IMG/VR virus record: IMGVR_UViG_3300047493_000037
Coordinates: 94,713 to 158,712 of that record
From: a virus
Taxonomy: Duplodnaviria > Heunggongvirae > Uroviricota > Caudoviricetes
Direction: 5' to 3' (one strand)
DNA length: 64,000 nt
Shown piece by piece: positions 61,496 through 64,000 of the stretch (its first letter is position 1; every line of letters begins with the position of its first letter). Position numbers and translations under genes: made by a program. The notes under the pieces are model-generated. The model was given only the letters and a program-made list of their open reading frames with translations. It had not been told where the DNA came from and ran no database searches.

Positions 61496-61930
61496 TTATT
61501 CGAACAGCTTTCTTAACATCACATCTAAACCCGTTGAGTAGTAATAAAAAGGATTGTTGATCAGCGGGTTCATAATGTTCTCTGCGTCAGTGGTGTGATA
61601 CAGATTCAACACGCAATGACCAAACTCATGATAAGCAAGAATAAGTTGTAAGTCAGGACCAGCTTGGTTCCAAAACCCTGGATCGATAGTGACCGTTCCT
61701 CCACCATAGCCAACGGAGGAACACTCGCCAATCACCTCACCTAGGGTAGTTTGCTCTTCAAGCTTAGAAAACTGAACCGTTAATCCTTGGTTAGATTGAA
61801 GTTGATGGCCGTACGTACCTGAATCCTTAATGAATTGGTCGTAGATCGGCTGCAATGCGGGATCGATGTTATTCGGACCTTGTCCGCACCCGCAAAGCGT
61901 CATTGATAATGCAACAACCATCATTTTCAT
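61496..61930 (-). CDS. lipoprotein zinc metallopeptidase (HExxH)
   Basis: Start at ATG 61928-61930 (MKMMVVALSMTLCGCGQ signal/lipobox), LAYHEFGHCVL zinc-binding motif. Confidence 0.5.
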   Translation of the reverse strand: MKMMVVALSMTLCGCGQGPNNIDPALQPIYDQFIKDSGTYGHQLQSNQGLTVQFSKLEEQTTLGEVIGECSSVGYGGGTVTIDPGFWNQAGPDLQLILAYHEFGHCVLNLYHTTDAENIMNPLINNPFYYYSTGLDVMLRKLFE

Positions 61931-62093
61931 GATGAAATCTAGATTCAGATTTAAGTGATCGATTGATAAGTCTGCGGGTAATTTCGCCAAGCACAAAGCC
62001 AGATATAACAGCGTATAGAACGTAGTAGATAAGTAGCATAGTTTTTGGGGTGGACGTTTTTAAGCAGAACGTCCAAACTGTTATCCGAATGGA

Positions 62094-62588
62094 TTATGAG
62101 TTGACGAGGTGCTGCAACTCGGGAGGGAGAGCAGAGACATCGATCTGTTTGACAGGCTTGCGAGAGGCTTTCACTTCTGCAATGCGAGTGTCGATGAAGG
62201 ACTGAATCTCTGCCTTCTCAGCTGGATCAGTCTTCGTATCGAGCAAGAGTCGCATGGCGGTGAGTTGGGCATCTTTGGAGCCAACGCGGGTGCCAGGATT
62301 TTTAGCAATATACTGAACGCCACCATTCAAACGCTTGTCCTTGCGCAGCCAGTTGCTCGTGAGGCCAGAGCAGTAGGTGCGAAGATCAGCTTCGGACTCA
62401 AAGCTCTTATCAAGAGCGATGTTGCCACCGTTGAAACCTTCAACGAGGATGTTGGTGACTTGAGCGCGAAGTTCGCGATCGAGGTGCTCAGCATAGTTAC
62501 CACCTTCAGGCACAGTGATACCAGCTTCAGCGAGAACAGACGAGATAGCAGAGAATACTGCTTCTTTTTGGGACGTAGGCACACTCAT
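62094..62588 (-). CDS. hypothetical protein with family-C-like C-terminal motif (IDVSALPPELQHL)
   Basis: 164-aa ORF; C-terminus shares the ID-x-SALP-x-EL motif with 28874..29215 and 59520..59717. Confidence 0.55.
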   Translation of the reverse strand: MSVPTSQKEAVFSAISSVLAEAGITVPEGGNYAEHLDRELRAQVTNILVEGFNGGNIALDKSFESEADLRTYCSGLTSNWLRKDKRLNGGVQYIAKNPGTRVGSKDAQLTAMRLLLDTKTDPAEKAEIQSFIDTRIAEVKASRKPVKQIDVSALPPELQHLVNS

Positions 62589-62878
62589 AAAATTCCTTTC
62601 AAGGAAAGAGTTGTTTGTTATCGGACATCTACGAATTTTAATAGTTTCAGAAATTTTCTATGAAGAGATAAAAAGATTCCACAGCAATCTAGTTAAAGAT
62701 CTACGTATATTAGTATGCTCATCAACGCGAGCATTAACTTGAACTACCATAAAATACCACTCAGCTTTAGTTTTCATTAGCACATTAACTTATAAAGAAA
62801 ACGAAGAAGTCGAGATCGCAGGATATTGACATTTTTTTATGCCCAATAGCGTTAGCTAGCATTTCGTACCATTCATGC

Positions 62879-63214
62879 TTACTCTTCACCGACAATTTCC
62901 CTTAATGCATCATCTACTTCCGTGCTGAATATTCTCTCCATAATGCTTTTAGCTTCTTCGTATTCTGGCATTCCAAGTGTGTTGCTTAATTCATCTCTAT
63001 TAATTGAATAAAGCGCCTTGATATGAGCCCAACGCTGATACTGATCAACCCTAAGACGACGTTGCTCTTCCTTCTTGTGCTCCTCAGGATGATGCGGATT
63101 AAGTCTAAGTCGCATGTTATAAGCATTATCCATGCCTACTATGTAATCCATAGTAGTTTTAATATGTTGCCATTTGGCCTCTGTAGATTTAGTAGCAAAC
63201 TCTTCTTCAGTCAC
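62879..63214 (-). CDS. hypothetical protein
   Basis: 111-aa ORF. Confidence 0.5.
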   Translation of the reverse strand: MTEEEFATKSTEAKWQHIKTTMDYIVGMDNAYNMRLRLNPHHPEEHKKEEQRRLRVDQYQRWAHIKALYSINRDELSNTLGMPEYEEAKSIMERIFSTEVDDALREIVGEE

Positions 63215-63444
63215 AGTTTGTTCTTTCCGTATATGTTAAGCCATAACCTAATCATGTCATCTTGATACTGAGTCATGATGTACGCAGCGTTAACATCCAT
63301 GCCTATTGGACCAAAAATTTGCAACTTCTTTAGTAAGACCATCAAGTTAATGCAGACATCTTCCATGTCAATCCACTGCTCTTTATCTGTATACCCTTCG
63401 CTAGAAGTACGTAAGTTCATGGAGTCCAAATCTTTAGTTTCCAT
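63211..63444 (-). CDS. hypothetical protein
   Basis: 77-aa ORF, ATGA overlap. Confidence 0.45.
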   Translation of the reverse strand: METKDLDSMNLRTSSEGYTDKEQWIDMEDVCINLMVLLKKLQIFGPIGMDVNAAYIMTQYQDDMIRLWLNIYGKNKL

Positions 63445-63623
63445 AGAAACTCTTGAAGACGATATGTACGTCTATATCTTGTTAGTGCTTCTACCTCTGT
63501 AGACGCCCATCTTTTACTAAATCGACCACATTTTATGGAGTATTTAGTAAACCAGGGACTGTCAAATTCAGTGATAACATTTCTATGTGCAAGTCCTCTA
63601 GAGACTACCTTTGGTTTTTTCAT
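63417..63623 (-). CDS. hypothetical protein
   Basis: 68-aa ORF. Confidence 0.4.
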   Translation of the reverse strand: MKKPKVVSRGLAHRNVITEFDSPWFTKYSIKCGRFSKRWASTEVEALTRYRRTYRLQEFLWKLKIWTP

Positions 63624-63631
63624 TCGTACTT

Positions 63632-64000
63632 CTAAGAATTAATAATGTTGTCAAGAGTGTAAGCCGCAAGTTTCTCCCTGAACTCATCCGCAATCATGCT
63701 ATGATACTCATTCTGATTATCAAACCATCTTACAGATGGAACTGGAAGATCGTTCTCTACCCAAAACCTCATGATGACGCACCTGTAGGCAACAACTCTA
63801 GGTTTTGATCCTGGAGACATATAGGAGTTAATTTCTCTGACAACAAACATCTTGTTGCTGCTCATGTCAAACATGCTAATTATCCCATTGCTTTTACAAT
63901 AGAAGGTATAAGGAAAAGTGTGTCTTGCGCCATAGTCAGTGATGATTAAGGCAGCCTTATTTGGCTCAGAGATCCTTACAGATACAGCATCAAACTCATT
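63632..64000 (-). CDS. hypothetical protein (reading frame stays open to window end; start may lie beyond window)
   Basis: Minus frame open from 64000 through ATG 63872-63874 to stop at 63632. Confidence 0.45.
   Translation of the reverse strand, partial: NEFDAVSVRISEPNKAALIITDYGARHTFPYTFYCKSNGIISMFDMSSNKMFVVREINSYMSPGSKPRVVAYRCVIMRFWVENDLPVPSVRWFDNQNEYHSMIADEFREKLAAYTLDNIINS

Noticed and set aside
1-64000. CRISPR arrays, rRNA genes, integrase/att sites, capsid/terminase/tail genes
   Set aside because: No spaced direct-repeat arrays, no rRNA-like segments, and none of the ORFs show recognisable integrase, terminase, portal or major-capsid motifs; the structural module is presumably outside this window.

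Overview
The window looks like a segment of a large tailed-phage genome, or a phage-like mobile region. It is densely coding, almost entirely on the minus strand, with frequent ATGA-type start/stop overlaps. All gene and RNA calls below are from manual reading of the sequence and the ORF track; nothing was run through tRNAscan or a homology search.

- **tRNA arrays.** Three tRNA arrays (9.85-13.07 kb, 14.5-14.7 kb, 16.1-18.2 kb) plus one isolated tRNA (33.6 kb) hold roughly 33 minus-strand tRNA genes and several aberrant tRNA-like elements. The arrays are interrupted by one LAGLIDADG and two HNH homing endonuclease genes, and a NUMOD3 homing-endonuclease remnant lies nearby. Each array is preceded by a conserved extended -10 promoter motif (CACGTGGTATAAT-like).
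- **Nucleotide and DNA metabolism.** These genes resemble a T4-like complement: a ThyA-family enzyme with Asp at the TS Asn177-equivalent position (predicted dCMP hydroxymethylase/methylase rather than true TS), ThyX, class II ribonucleotide reductase with an overlapping IscA/HesB gene, DenV-like glycosylase, RNase HI, ATP-dependent DNA ligase, DEDDh exonuclease and peptide deformylase.
- **NAD+/ADP-ribose cluster (34.1-39.7 kb).** NADAR, AAA+ ATPase, DUF1653, an overlapping PRS-family + NAMPT-family gene pair (an NAD+ salvage or reconstitution candidate) and a macro-domain protein.
- **Other recognisable genes.** A MoxR AAA+/VWA-metallopeptidase pair with a clean intrinsic terminator, a ClpP-like protease, an SPFH-like membrane protein, adjacent secreted S1 and S8 proteases, several lipoproteins including a collagen-like/PA14 lipoprotein and a HExxH lipoprotein, a VTC/CYTH-like triphosphate-tunnel protein and a calcineurin-like phosphoesterase.
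- **Paralog families.** Three ~250-aa tandem paralogs at the left edge, three ~95-aa tandem paralogs at 18.4-19.3 kb, and a dispersed small-protein family sharing an EF-x-A-R/K-GGK N-motif and an ID-x-SALPEAL C-motif.
- **Negatives.** No CRISPR array, rRNA or recognisable structural/virion module was found.
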